64,000 bases of DNA from Actinomycetota bacterium (GCA_014360655.1 JACIXC010000001.1:292715-356714); one strand, 5' to 3'. Shown: positions 37,877 through 48,394, counted from the first letter of the stretch. A program made the numbers and translations. Notes: a model not told the origin generated them from the letters alone.

Positions 37877-39298
37877 GTGGTCGCATTGCCCACGGAATTC
37901 GAGGAAATAGACGCCGTCATCAACGCACGCTCGCTGGCCATCGTGGGCGCCTCGGGCAAACCCATGAAGTTCGGCTCGCTCTTCACCGCCGCCCAGCTCA
38001 CCTACGGTTTCTCCGGCCCCGTGTACCTCGTCAACCCAGGTGAAAGTGAGATCATGGGCCTTCCCTGCTACGCGGACCTCGCCTCCCTCCCCGAGGTCCC
38101 GGACCTAGTGTACCTGGCCATCCCCGCCCACCGTTCCATGGACATCCTCGAGGAATGCGCGCGCCTCCGCGTCAAGGGCGTGGTGATGCTGGCCTCCGGG
38201 TTCCGGGAGGCCGGCGAAAAGGGAGAGGCCCTGGAGAGGGAGGCCATCTCGCTGGCCCGCCGCGGCGGTTTCCGCATCGTCGGGCCCAACTGCTTCGGCA
38301 TCTACAACCCGCGCAACCGCCTGACCCTGCTTCCCGGCCACGACTTCAGCGACAGGGTGGGCGACGTGGCCTTCATCTCCCAGAGCGGTGGTTTCTCCGT
38401 GCACGTGGGGCGCACCTGCGGGGACCTGGGGATACATTTCAGCGCCATCGTGAGCTACGGGAACGGCGCGGACCTCGACGAGTCGCACCTGTTGCGCTAT
38501 TTCTCCGCGGACCCCTGCACGAGCACCATCGCCGCTTACCTGGAGGGGGTGCGGGATGGAAGGGTCTTCCTCGAGGCCCTCAGGGAGGCCGCCTCCCGCA
38601 AGACGGTGGTCATATGGAAGGTGGGCAAGGCGGATTCCTCCCGTCGCGCCGCCGCCTCCCACACCGGTTCCCTGGCCGGCTCCTCGGCCATCTGGGAAGG
38701 CGTCCTCCGCCAGTGCGGGGTCATCGAGGCCTGCGGCGTCGACGAGATATGCGACGTGCTCCTGGCCCTCAAGCACATGGGGCGCAGGCCGGGAAGGCGC
38801 CTCCTGCTGAGCGGGGGAGGCGGGGGCCTGGGGGCCTATGCAGGCGACCTCGCGGAGGCGGAGGGGCTGACGGTGCCCCCCATGGGGGAGGAGACCGCGT
38901 CGCGCCTGCGCCCCATCCTGGACTACCCCGGTACCGCGGTGGGAAACCCCCTGGACATCGGGACCCCGCTCACCCATCCCTCCGTCTTCGAGGCCGCCAT
39001 GCGGGAGGCCGCCCGTGACCCGGACACGGACATCCTCGTCTTCGACCTGGCCCTGAACTTCGGCTACGGCCTGGTGGGAGAGGAAGGCGCACTGGCCGCC
39101 ACGGACTCGCTGGTCAGGGTGCGCCGGGAGACGGGGAAGCCCGTGGTGCTCGTGCTTTACTCACGCGCCATAGGCCACCGCGACCTCGCCCTGGAGGAAC
39201 TCGCGCGCAGGCTGCGCGACCGGCTGCTCGCGGGCGGGGTGGCGGTATTCCCCTCCATGCAACGGGCCATGCGCGCCCTGCGCCTGGTCAATACCTGA
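37877..39298 (+). CDS. CoA-binding protein, ADP-forming acyl-CoA synthetase alpha-subunit-like
   Basis: AIVGAS, GPNCFG, SQSGG, SYGNGAD, ASHTGSLAG (phospho-His) and NPLD motifs. Confidence 0.88.
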   Translation: MVALPTEFEEIDAVINARSLAIVGASGKPMKFGSLFTAAQLTYGFSGPVYLVNPGESEIMGLPCYADLASLPEVPDLVYLAIPAHRSMDILEECARLRVKGVVMLASGFREAGEKGEALEREAISLARRGGFRIVGPNCFGIYNPRNRLTLLPGHDFSDRVGDVAFISQSGGFSVHVGRTCGDLGIHFSAIVSYGNGADLDESHLLRYFSADPCTSTIAAYLEGVRDGRVFLEALREAASRKTVVIWKVGKADSSRRAAASHTGSLAGSSAIWEGVLRQCGVIEACGVDEICDVLLALKHMGRRPGRRLLLSGGGGGLGAYAGDLAEAEGLTVPPMGEETASRLRPILDYPGTAVGNPLDIGTPLTHPSVFEAAMREAARDPDTDILVFDLALNFGYGLVGEEGALAATDSLVRVRRETGKPVVLVLYSRAIGHRDLALEELARRLRDRLLAGGVAVFPSMQRAMRALRLVNT

Positions 39299-39434
39299 CT
39301 CCATCCCGCGCCTTGATAGCACCCCTCCCGGGTTCCCCCTGCCTGTGCCCCCGCGGGGTACGCGCCCAAGATGCCCTTTGTTCATGGCAAGTCCCCATAC
39401 CCGGCAGGGAAATCTGAAACAAGCTTAAAAGGTC

Positions 39435-39466
39435 TTGACATATACATCAGGTATATGTTACATAAC
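39435..39466 (+). promoter_or_regulatory. Sigma70-type promoter with an overlapping palindromic operator
   Basis: TTGACA -35; ACATATAC-N5-GTATATGT inverted repeat; TATGT-T-ACATA palindrome over the -10 region. Confidence 0.7.
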
Positions 39467-39499
39467 GTGATACAACGTATTTATTCCCTGGAGGGTACG

Positions 39500-39937
39500 A
39501 TGCGCAACTACCTGAGCACTTACCAGGTCGCGAAAAACCTGGGCGTGAACATACAGACGGTCAGGCATTACATACGCAAGGGGGAGTTGAAGGCGGCTCG
39601 CGTCGGGAAGAAATACATCATCTGCCAGGAGGACCTCGACGCCTTCCTGGCGGGGAGGAAGGAGGTGAGGGCCCTCGAGAGGATAGGCCTTACCGAGAAG
39701 GGGAGCCAGAAGGTCCGCGAGATAAAGAAGCACGCCGAGAGCATCCTGACCTATCTCGAGGAATGCCCCGGAGCGGACGCGGGCGAACTGGCGGAATCCC
39801 TCGGCCTGGGCCGCAGGGAAGTCCTGCGGGCGCTGCGGCGCCTGGAGGAGAAGAACCTTGCGTATTGCGAGGCAAGTGGCGAGAGGTTGGACAGGCAGAA
39901 CGACCCCTGGTTCGCCGCGCCCCGGCGGACGGCGTGA
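39500..39937 (+). CDS. Excisionase-type HTH (HTH_17) plus winged-helix DNA-binding protein
   Basis: YLSTYQVAKNLGVNIQTVRHYIRKGELKAARVGKKY; C-terminal ELAESLGL...LRRLEEKNL wHTH. Confidence 0.82.
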   Translation: MRNYLSTYQVAKNLGVNIQTVRHYIRKGELKAARVGKKYIICQEDLDAFLAGRKEVRALERIGLTEKGSQKVREIKKHAESILTYLEECPGADAGELAESLGLGRREVLRALRRLEEKNLAYCEASGERLDRQNDPWFAAPRRTA

Positions 39938-40020
39938 AACGCCGCGGAGGATAAGGGGTCGCGGAGACTTGACCGCGGGGGAAGCGCCCGTCCAGGGAAA
40001 GACGAAAGGGGGGATTGCAG

Positions 40021-40560
40021 GTGGCGGAAAACGTCGTCGGCCTGCAGGAATATCTCGAATCCTACATTCCTTCGCTCATCTCCAAGCGGCTGGAGGAAAA
40101 GCCCCTGCCGAACATGGAGGGGACCAACTTCACCGTGCAGTTGACCATCAAGGGCGAGAAGACCCTGGTTTACGGGTTCGCCGTCAAGGACGCCCGGGAG
40201 ATAACCGTGTCGCCTGGGGGCATCGCGGATCCCATGCTCGACGTGGTCATCCCCGAAGACGTCATCCGTCCCCTGGTGGACATGGTCACCTCGTTCACCG
40301 GCCGCAAGCAGTACGACGCGGCGAGCACTTCCAAGGGCCTGCTGCGCCTGGAGCTGGCCATGCCCGGTGACTGGACCCTGCCGGTGAGCGTGAAGTTCAA
40401 CGGCGCGGATTCCCCCAGCGTGACCATCTCTGCCTCAGCGGAGGACTTCGCCAAGATGGCCACCGGCGAGATGAGCGGCCCCACGGCCTTCATGCAGGGG
40501 AAGATCAAGATGGACGGCGACATGTCCTTCGCCCTTTCCCTGGCCAACATCATGCCGTAG
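40021..40560 (+). CDS. SCP2 sterol/lipid-binding domain protein
   Basis: C-terminal AFMQGKIKMDGDMSFAL SCP2 motif; start codon uncertain. Confidence 0.85.
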   Translation: MAENVVGLQEYLESYIPSLISKRLEEKPLPNMEGTNFTVQLTIKGEKTLVYGFAVKDAREITVSPGGIADPMLDVVIPEDVIRPLVDMVTSFTGRKQYDAASTSKGLLRLELAMPGDWTLPVSVKFNGADSPSVTISASAEDFAKMATGEMSGPTAFMQGKIKMDGDMSFALSLANIMP

Positions 40561-40690
40561 GGCAAGGAACCCGGGCCGGCCCCCCTCCTTTTCGGCCCAT
40601 ATCCCCGCATGGACTCTCGTACACCGCAGCGGGTACATCGCGCTCGGGGGGGCCGGCCCTTTACCTGTCCCGTCCGGTGATACGCCCATC

Positions 40691-40729
40691 CCGCGATGCG
40701 GAGGGCTCCGCGATGCGGAGGGCTCCGCG
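40691..40729. repeat. 17-bp tandem repeat x2
   Basis: CCGCGATGCGGAGGGCT occurs twice. Confidence 0.8.
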
Positions 40730-40740
40730 GCGGCGGCCCC

Positions 40741-42405
40741 TCACAGGTCGCGCAGGCGTTCCTTCATGATCTTGCCCCCGGGGTTCATGGGCAGGGGCAT
40801 ATCGGAGACGACCACGAAGTCGGGCACCTTGTAGTCGGCTATCTTTCCCCGGCAGTACTCCACCACCTCTTCCGGGGTTATGGAGTGCCCGGGCATGGGA
40901 AAGACCACGGCCTTGATCTTCTCCCCCAGCACCTGGTCGGGGACGCCCACCACCGCCACCTGCAGGACCTTGGGGTTCATGAGGATGAGGTTCTCCACCT
41001 CAACGGAGTAGACGTTCTCCCCCCCGCGCAGGATCATGTCCTTCTTGCGGTCCACGATGGTGTAGAAACCCTCCTCGTCCTTCACCACCACGTCCCCCGA
41101 GCGGTGCCACCTGCGTCCCTCGGCGTCGATGACGAAGCTCTCGCTGGTCTTGTCGGGCAGGTTCCAGTAACCGCGGCACACGCCCGCGCCGCTGATGAGG
41201 AGCTCCCCCGGTTCCCCCACCGGCACCTCCCGCAGGCGGTCGTCCACCACCTTGAAGAGCGTGGGCGGGGTCGGCCACCCGATGGAGGAACCCCTCCTTA
41301 TGACCTCCTCCGGCGGCAGGAGTGAGCCCGCCCCGATGCTGGTGGTCTCGGTCATCCCGAAGCCGTTCCCTATCTTGGCGTGCGGGAAATCCTTGAGCAT
41401 CAGCTCCCCCAGCTCGGGGGGCATGGGGGAACCGCCCTGGAACATCACCTCGATGTTCCCCGCCTCTACCAGTTTATGGTAATTGGGTTGCATGCGCAGC
41501 AGCCAGAACATGGCGGTCACGCCCACGAAGAAGTTCACCCGTTCCTCGACCATGCTCTCGATGACCTGGTCCGCCTGGAAGACGGGAAGCACCACCGCGC
41601 CGGCGCCCAGCAGGCAGAGGTTGAAGAGAGTGTGCAGGGCGGTGACGTGGAAGAGGGGCACGGAGATCATCTGCTTGATCTGGTATATGTCTTCCATGGT
41701 GTACTTCTCGGGGATGAGGTAGGGCATGCAGCTCAGGAGGGCCTGGGCGTTGGTGGCCACGTTGCGGTGGGTGATGACGCTCCCCTTGGGGCGACCCGTG
41801 GTCCCTGAGGTGTAACATATGCTGCAGGTGTCCTTTTCGCCCACCTCCACGCCGATGTGGGGGGGCGCCTCCCTGGCCATGAGGCTGGTGAAGGGCACGG
41901 TACCGTCCATGCCCTCGTCGCCGGTGGTCACGAAGACCTCGAGGTTCTCCAGCTTGCCGCGCAGGGGTTGCACCCTCTCGTAGAGGTCGTTCTCCACGAT
42001 GACCACCCGGGAGCCCGAATCCCGCAGCTGGAAGGCCAGCTCCTCCGTTTCCAGGCGCGCGTTGATGACCACGGAGATGGCGCCCACGGCGGCGATGGCC
42101 AGGTAGCTTATGCAGAACTCCGGGTTGTTGAGGAGGATCATGGCCACACGGTCGCCCTTCTTCACGCCGCAATCGTCCACGAGAGACGCGGCGACCTTCC
42201 TCACCGCTTCGTCCAGTCGGCGCCGCGTGTACCTCTGCCCCAGGGTCGGGAAGACGAAGATCTCCTCGTCGGGAAACCTCGCCAGACCCTCCTTGAAGAT
42301 GGCGTAGAGGTTAGGGTACCTGCGTGCGTAGGCGGTTTCCAGGGCTCCCTCGAACCACTCGTCTATGACGCCCTCGCGTGGCCAGCCTCCCCTGAGCATC
42401 ATCAC
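40741..42405 (-). CDS. Class I adenylate-forming enzyme (long-chain acyl-CoA ligase)
   Basis: YTSGTTGRPKG, FGMTET, SGD and DRKKDMILRGGENVY motifs. Confidence 0.92.
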   Translation of the reverse strand: MMMLRGGWPREGVIDEWFEGALETAYARRYPNLYAIFKEGLARFPDEEIFVFPTLGQRYTRRRLDEAVRKVAASLVDDCGVKKGDRVAMILLNNPEFCISYLAIAAVGAISVVINARLETEELAFQLRDSGSRVVIVENDLYERVQPLRGKLENLEVFVTTGDEGMDGTVPFTSLMAREAPPHIGVEVGEKDTCSICYTSGTTGRPKGSVITHRNVATNAQALLSCMPYLIPEKYTMEDIYQIKQMISVPLFHVTALHTLFNLCLLGAGAVVLPVFQADQVIESMVEERVNFFVGVTAMFWLLRMQPNYHKLVEAGNIEVMFQGGSPMPPELGELMLKDFPHAKIGNGFGMTETTSIGAGSLLPPEEVIRRGSSIGWPTPPTLFKVVDDRLREVPVGEPGELLISGAGVCRGYWNLPDKTSESFVIDAEGRRWHRSGDVVVKDEEGFYTIVDRKKDMILRGGENVYSVEVENLILMNPKVLQVAVVGVPDQVLGEKIKAVVFPMPGHSITPEEVVEYCRGKIADYKVPDFVVVSDMPLPMNPGGKIMKERLRDL

Positions 42406-42631
42406 CCTCCCGGTCCGTTTTCCCCTTCAATGCCGCTGAACAAGCAACACTTCCTTTCAATCCTACCACAGCTACCGCGCGAAACCCATCCCGCCCGCGA
42501 GAGGGGTAGCGCAGGGGACCATCGCAAGGCCTTAACCGCTCGTGGCGGGGCCGGCGGCTTCCGCCCGTTGCGGCCGTGGAGTCCCCCAGCCGCTGGAGGG
42601 AAGGGGTGAAAGACCCGGGCTGGGAACGCGC

Positions 42632-43273
42632 TCAGGCCTCGAGTTCCCGGCCCAGGTCCCCGAGAAATTCCCCGCCGGGCTCAATGAGGTCGAAGACCTC
42701 CTGCAGCAGGCTGAACACGGACCTCTTGCCCTCGCTCTCCATCCAGATCCTGCGCGCCGTCGTCCACGCCGCGACCGCGATGGCGGCGATGAGGCGGGGG
42801 CGGGGGTCGGATGCGGGATCGACGTTCATCCTCTGGGCCAGCGCCTGGCAGACCGTGTCCTCGAAACCGGGGTAGATCACGTTGCGCTCGTAATCGCCGA
42901 GGCGGCGCGAATCCCTGGCCAACCTGCGTATGAGCATGATGCGCTCCTCGCTGTCCCGGTCCAGTTCCGCCAGGAGCCGAGCGGTGGCGTAAAGGGTGGC
43001 CAGCACCGGCTCTCCCTGCGGACGGGAGAGGATGAGCTCCCTGACCAGGTTGAGTTGATCGCGCCAGTCTCCGAAGAGCACGGCCTCCTTGGAATCGAAG
43101 TAGCGGAAGAAGGTGCGCAGGGAAACGTCCACGGTCTCCGTGATCTCCTTTATGGTGGTCTTATCGTAGCCCTTTTTCTTGAAGAGCTTGAGTGCGGTGG
43201 ACTCCAGGGCGTCGCGCGTCTGTTTCTTCTTGCGCTCACGCCTGCCGATCGGTCCCGCCTTCTCCTTGTCCAT
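42632..43273 (-). CDS. TetR family transcriptional regulator
   Basis: RRERKKKQTR...GYDKTTIKEI...RTFFRYFDSKE HTH; TGnTATAAT 6 nt before the ATG. Confidence 0.92.
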   Translation of the reverse strand: MDKEKAGPIGRRERKKKQTRDALESTALKLFKKKGYDKTTIKEITETVDVSLRTFFRYFDSKEAVLFGDWRDQLNLVRELILSRPQGEPVLATLYATARLLAELDRDSEERIMLIRRLARDSRRLGDYERNVIYPGFEDTVCQALAQRMNVDPASDPRPRLIAAIAVAAWTTARRIWMESEGKRSVFSLLQEVFDLIEPGGEFLGDLGRELEA

Positions 43274-43347
43274 GCGCTGATTATAACAGACGCGGCACCC
43301 CTGCTCACACGAGCGCTCCACCGTCGTGTGCGCGCGGCCGGCGCGCG

Positions 43348-44829
43348 TCAACGCGGCCCCGGGCTCGCCGCGGCCCGCGACACCCTTTCCTCCGCATCCG
43401 CGAGGCGCTCTTTCAGCTCCCGGTAGTGCAGGAGGCCCTTCATGGCCCTGACCGCTCGCGAAGCCGAGGTGAAGACGGGCAGGTCGTTTTCGACCAGGGT
43501 GCGGACGGTCGCGCTTCCCGTGCCCAGGTACGACATCGCCAGGAGCGGCTTGCCGTGCTCGTGCGGCACCCTCGCCAGGTGGGGCAGGAAGGCCAGGAAT
43601 TTCTCGTCCCAGGCGCTCTCCATGGGGGCCAGCTCCGGCATCCGTTTCTTGATACTCACGCCCATGTCCGCCGCCCCGAATATCCCGTAGATGAAGGCGC
43701 CGTCGACCTCGCCGGACGCGAAGACGGCCTCCAGCAGGTCCTTGTAAAGGTAGATATTGGTGGTGAAGGTGATATCCACGGGATTGGCGACAGCGCTCAT
43801 GGTGCCCGCGAGTTCCCGCAGACGCTCCTGCAGGCGCTCAGAGAAGAGGGGTACCCGCAAGCCGGCCTTCTCCAGGTTATAGGCGAGGGAGGTGCCCGGG
43901 CCTCCCGAGTTTGTGATCACCGCCATGCGGTTTCCCGGGGGTAGCGGTTGCGTCGAGAGCGCCCAGAGGCAGTCGATCATCGTGTCCATGTCCTCCACGC
44001 GCATGACTCCCGCCTGCCGGAAGAGGCCGTCGTAGAGCCCGTCGGGACCGGTGACCGCGCCGGTGTGGGAGAGGGACGAACGCGAGCCGGCCTCGTTACC
44101 CCCCACGTAAACGGCCAGGACGGGCTTGCGCGCCGCCGTTCTCCTGGCCGCGGAGATGAAATCACGGGGCCTTCTCACGGCCTCCACGTAAAGGCCGACG
44201 GCCCGCACCTCGTCGCATTCCGCGAAGTATTCCAGGCAATCGACGATATCGATGTCCGCCTCGTTCCCCACGCTGACGGTCTGGCATATCCTAATCCCCT
44301 GGGAACGGAGGTAAGGGTTGAGCATGGAGGTGTAGGCGCCCGACTGCGAGGCGACGGCGAAGCCTCCCCCGAAGGGAGGATCCGGGATGGTGGTGGTGTT
44401 GAGCCGGAAAAGGGCGTTCTGCACACCCACGCAGTTGGGCCCCAGGAAGCGGATGCCGTACCTCGCCGCTATCTCCCTGATCTCCCGCTCGAGACGCCTG
44501 CCATCCTCGGCGAGGGTCTCCGCGAACCCGCCGGAAATGATGATGGCGTGACGGATGCCGTACCTCCCACATTCTTCCAGTACTCCCGGCACCACCTTCG
44601 TGGGCAGGACCAGCTGCGCCAGGTCCACCTCCCTGCCGATCTCCTCCAGGTCCCGAAAGGCCTGTAAGCCCATCACCCGTTCCTCGCTGGGATGCATGGG
44701 GTAGACCTCGCCACGGTAACCGCTTTCCAGTAGGTTGGCAAGCTGCATGGTTCCCATCTTAAGTGGGTTGTTGGAGGCGCCGTAAAACGCTATCGACCGC
44801 GGATTCATGATCCTTTCCAGCGGATTCAC
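43348..44829 (-). CDS. CoA-binding protein, ADP-forming acyl-CoA synthetase alpha-subunit-like (second paralog)
   Basis: YGASN, GPNCVG, SQSG, SVGNEAD, SHTGA, TNSGGPG and NPVD motifs. Confidence 0.88.
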   Translation of the reverse strand: MNPLERIMNPRSIAFYGASNNPLKMGTMQLANLLESGYRGEVYPMHPSEERVMGLQAFRDLEEIGREVDLAQLVLPTKVVPGVLEECGRYGIRHAIIISGGFAETLAEDGRRLEREIREIAARYGIRFLGPNCVGVQNALFRLNTTTIPDPPFGGGFAVASQSGAYTSMLNPYLRSQGIRICQTVSVGNEADIDIVDCLEYFAECDEVRAVGLYVEAVRRPRDFISAARRTAARKPVLAVYVGGNEAGSRSSLSHTGAVTGPDGLYDGLFRQAGVMRVEDMDTMIDCLWALSTQPLPPGNRMAVITNSGGPGTSLAYNLEKAGLRVPLFSERLQERLRELAGTMSAVANPVDITFTTNIYLYKDLLEAVFASGEVDGAFIYGIFGAADMGVSIKKRMPELAPMESAWDEKFLAFLPHLARVPHEHGKPLLAMSYLGTGSATVRTLVENDLPVFTSASRAVRAMKGLLHYRELKERLADAEERVSRAAASPGPR

Positions 44830-44919
44830 GCCTTTACCTCCTCACCGCTGCGGCCCGCATATCCTTGCCCCGACGCCTTGCCCCGACGCCCGGGTCGCCT
44901 CCCTCGCCCGGGCAGTCCG

Positions 44920-47679
44920 TCATCCGGAAGGGAGGTAGCGCACCGTCAGGCTCACGGTGCGCACGTTGCCCGGCATGGCGGCGTCGCGGAACTGCACGTA
45001 GACCCGCCTCTTCCCCGGCAAACCCCCGGCAAGCCTCCAGGGAAGGGTGACGGTCTTCCCGTCCCGGCAGGGGATCCACTCCGCGCCGGCGAAGTCGCGG
45101 CGGTTGGAGACGCGCAGGTCCATGAGCCCGGCCCCCTCGTCGTGGGCGCGCAGGGTAAGCGTCACGTCCAGGGAAGGCACGGTGGACGCGCCGCCGTTGA
45201 CGGAGGCCTCGTCGACGACCGGTTTCGCGCCGTCGCTGCCCGCGGCGTAGACCCGCACCGGGAGCACGCTCCCGCCTGGGACGTCCGCCTTCACCACCAC
45301 CATGCGCAGGCCGGAATCGGTATCGTACTGCTCCAGGATGGTGCCGTTCTGCGCGGCGTAATACCCGCCGCCGGAGAGCCGGCGCATGGGGAACTCGATG
45401 CGGCAACCGGAGAGGTCCAGGACCGCCCCCGGTTGGGCGAGGGTGTTCTTCACCTTGCACGTCACGTCGTCGTAAGGCCCGGTTCCCCCGGGCCCGGTGC
45501 CGTCCAGGGGGAGCGGCCGGTCGAAGGCGCCTTCACCGTTGACGATGTGCGGGCGCCGGTAGGCGGGATTGGATGAGTCCTCCTGCTCCATCCACTGCAG
45601 CACGGGGCGGTTGGTGCGGTAGACGTCGTAACCGTTCACGGCCCCCGCCCCCACCCGCAGGCCCTCCCAGCCGGGGATGGACCACCTGCGTTCGGCATCG
45701 CCGCCGGCTCCCGCGAAACCCCATTCCCGGAGCTCCCCGTCCCGGATGGTGATGAGGCGGTAACCGCCGTAGTTCTCGGAGGTCTTGTCCATGAGGAGGG
45801 ACTTGCCGTCGACGGGCGGCTCGGCGCCCGTGGTGTTTATGGACACCACCCGCCCGGGGCCGTCCCCGTAGGGCTCCCAGTCCACCGCGTTGATGGCGTC
45901 GCTGTGGGTGTGGCCGGAAGCCACGAAGGCGACCTCGTGCCTGCGCAGCAGGTACATGAGCGCCTGCGAACCTTCCCCCTGTCCCGCGGACAATTCGAGG
46001 AGGCCGAACTCCTTGGTGTTGTCCCAGGTTTCCGGCGGCGCACCGGCCGGGCGCAGGGGGTCGTGGTGCAGGAAAACGCCCTTGAGGCGCTTTCCCTCCG
46101 CCTCGGCACGCGCCAGCTCGCCTTCGATCCAGGCCAGTTGCCCGTCGAACCCGTCCTCCCCCGGGTCGGGACCCCAGGGCCACGCCTGCCAGTCCCAGGG
46201 GTCGCCGCCGCCCCGCACCTGACCGTGCCACTTGTGGGGGGTGATGATCCTCAAGGGCAGGAGTATCCTGTGCAGGTCCACCAGGAACCCGTTGCGGTCA
46301 TCGTAGTCCTGGGCCATTTCCGGGTAGAGGTTCACGGCCACCGCCCACAGCAGGGGGTTCATGTCCTGCGGGGTGAATGGCTCGGGGCCGTCCGCATCCA
46401 TTTTATCCCAGTCCATGCTGTTCACCGCAAGGAAGGTCATGTCCCCGTAATCCCAGGAATAGTAGAGGGGGCCGAAGAGGTCCTGCCATATCTCCTGGCC
46501 GTCGTCGTGGGCCGCCTCGTGCCCGTCCCAGCAGTAGCTGTCGTGGTTGCCGGGCACGCAGAATACGGGCACGTTCAAGGCCAGGAGCTCGTCGTACCAC
46601 CAGGTGTACTCGAAGCGGTATTCCGTGCCGGGGTCTCCGTTCACGTCGCCCCACAGCAGGGTATCCTTGGGGTAGGTGTTGAAGTTCTTCTGCGCGAACA
46701 CGGAATCGCCGGTGAAGACCACGAAGTCGGGATCCATGAGGTTGATGGCCTGCAGCTCCTCCTGCAGGTAGATGGCGCCCTCGTTGCGCTTGCCGTCCCC
46801 GTCCAGGTCCATGGGGAAACCGGGGTATCCCAGGAAGCCGAGGTCGATGCGCGGCGGGGTGCCGGGACGGGGCTCCCGCAGCTCGAAGGAGTTGTAGTCG
46901 AGGTTCAGGCCGTTCTTGATCTCCGGCCCGTAGACGTGGGTGTCCGTGATGTGCACGATCTTCAAATCGTCGCCGAAGGATTCGATTACCTGCAGGGCGT
47001 GGGGCTGCGCGTCCTCCACGAGGAACCCGGGGCCCACGCGGTCCGAGACGCAGCGCACGTGCACGTCGTAGAGGTCCAGGGGGACGTTCACGGGCAACGC
47101 GACCTCGATGTGGTCCACCTCGAAGGCGGCCTGGCCGAAGATCTCCGGCCAGCGCCGGCTGGGGCCGCGGCTCACCCCCTTCACCGGCAGGCGGCGGGTG
47201 TTTACCGTCCTGTGCACCGGTCTCTCGTAGGTCCCGTAGGAGGGGCCGCCATAGCGGTACCACGCCTCGGGCGGGTTCTCGGCCTCCCCGGGGACGGAAC
47301 CGTCGTAATTCCGCACGTTGGCGGCCACGGAGGTGGTGATCCATACCTCCCAGTCCTGCGGGCGGTCGACCTGCGCGAGCTCCGGCCGGGGGTTCGCGGC
47401 CACGCTCTTGCGCCAGTCCCACTCTATGACCAGTTCCTCTCCACGGGGCAGTATGGCCGGGCAGCCGAAGGTGGGGTAGATTAGCTGGTTTATCCTCTTG
47501 GCCACCTCGGGCAGGGAACCCTCGGGGTGGAAGGCCGCCTCCGCCGTAGCTCCCGTTCCGGGACCGGAAAGACAGCCGTACATGGTAGCCAGGGCGACGA
47601 AAAGAACCGTGAGCGCGCGAACCGCGGGGGCCGTAAAGCCGCGCAGCCTCCCGCCGTAAGAGGTACCCCCCCTATGCAT
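44920..47679 (-). CDS. Large secreted metallophosphoesterase
   Basis: Signal peptide; ITDTH, TGD, PGNHD, LHHDP and SGHTH motifs; C-terminal Ig-like beta domain (VYVQFRDAA.GN). Confidence 0.82.
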   Translation of the reverse strand: MHRGGTSYGGRLRGFTAPAVRALTVLFVALATMYGCLSGPGTGATAEAAFHPEGSLPEVAKRINQLIYPTFGCPAILPRGEELVIEWDWRKSVAANPRPELAQVDRPQDWEVWITTSVAANVRNYDGSVPGEAENPPEAWYRYGGPSYGTYERPVHRTVNTRRLPVKGVSRGPSRRWPEIFGQAAFEVDHIEVALPVNVPLDLYDVHVRCVSDRVGPGFLVEDAQPHALQVIESFGDDLKIVHITDTHVYGPEIKNGLNLDYNSFELREPRPGTPPRIDLGFLGYPGFPMDLDGDGKRNEGAIYLQEELQAINLMDPDFVVFTGDSVFAQKNFNTYPKDTLLWGDVNGDPGTEYRFEYTWWYDELLALNVPVFCVPGNHDSYCWDGHEAAHDDGQEIWQDLFGPLYYSWDYGDMTFLAVNSMDWDKMDADGPEPFTPQDMNPLLWAVAVNLYPEMAQDYDDRNGFLVDLHRILLPLRIITPHKWHGQVRGGGDPWDWQAWPWGPDPGEDGFDGQLAWIEGELARAEAEGKRLKGVFLHHDPLRPAGAPPETWDNTKEFGLLELSAGQGEGSQALMYLLRRHEVAFVASGHTHSDAINAVDWEPYGDGPGRVVSINTTGAEPPVDGKSLLMDKTSENYGGYRLITIRDGELREWGFAGAGGDAERRWSIPGWEGLRVGAGAVNGYDVYRTNRPVLQWMEQEDSSNPAYRRPHIVNGEGAFDRPLPLDGTGPGGTGPYDDVTCKVKNTLAQPGAVLDLSGCRIEFPMRRLSGGGYYAAQNGTILEQYDTDSGLRMVVVKADVPGGSVLPVRVYAAGSDGAKPVVDEASVNGGASTVPSLDVTLTLRAHDEGAGLMDLRVSNRRDFAGAEWIPCRDGKTVTLPWRLAGGLPGKRRVYVQFRDAAMPGNVRTVSLTVRYLPSG

Positions 47680-47902
47680 CCCCCATCACTCCTTCCTCTT
47701 TGCCGGCATCCCTCCCGTCGATAAGATTGTAATACGGGCGGCGGCCGTACACCAGGCATACTCCGCGGGTCTGCGCCGTCTTTCTACCTGGAAATAACTG
47801 CCATGGTATCAGGCCGACCAGGGCCCGAGTCCCGGGGAAACGTGCGGTCCCCTATGCCCGCCCCCAGCGGGGAGACGTCGGGCCGTCCGCCGTTATGGAG
47901 TA

Positions 47903-48394
47903 TCACGGGGTCGAGGAAAGGGCCTTCTCCACCGCCTTGAGGGCCGCTTTCTGGCTGGCGGAAGCACCGCTGACCAGGTCCACCTGCAGGGACTGCTCCT
48001 CCACCACGCGTGCCATGGTTTCCTGCACCCGGGCCGCATCGGCCCGCTGCATCTTCTCCGCGTTTACCAGCTCTATCTCCACGATCTTCCCTTCCGCCAC
48101 CCACACCCGCACCCTGGCGTAGACGTGGAACACGCGGTATTCGCCCTCGTATTCTCCATCCGCGAGATCACCCACCGTGATCTCCCCCGGGACCAGCTCC
48201 CGCACGGCGCTGGTGAAACGCCAGGAATAGACACCGCAGCTGGCCATGGAAACCAGGAGCAGGGAGAGGATGGCGAGCAAAGCCATCCTGGTTTTCCTAA
48301 GCCTTTTCCCGGGAGGCGGATAATAAGGGACCTTGTCGCTCACCATTCTTCTTTTAAAGCGTGAAAGGCGGAATCGTGAGTTCTTCCCCGTCAT
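47903..48394 (-). CDS. FMN-binding domain membrane protein
   Basis: One TM; DGEYEGEY...QSLQVDLVSGASAS flavinylation-type motif. Confidence 0.82.
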   Translation of the reverse strand: MTGKNSRFRLSRFKRRMVSDKVPYYPPPGKRLRKTRMALLAILSLLLVSMASCGVYSWRFTSAVRELVPGEITVGDLADGEYEGEYRVFHVYARVRVWVAEGKIVEIELVNAEKMQRADAARVQETMARVVEEQSLQVDLVSGASASQKAALKAVEKALSSTP

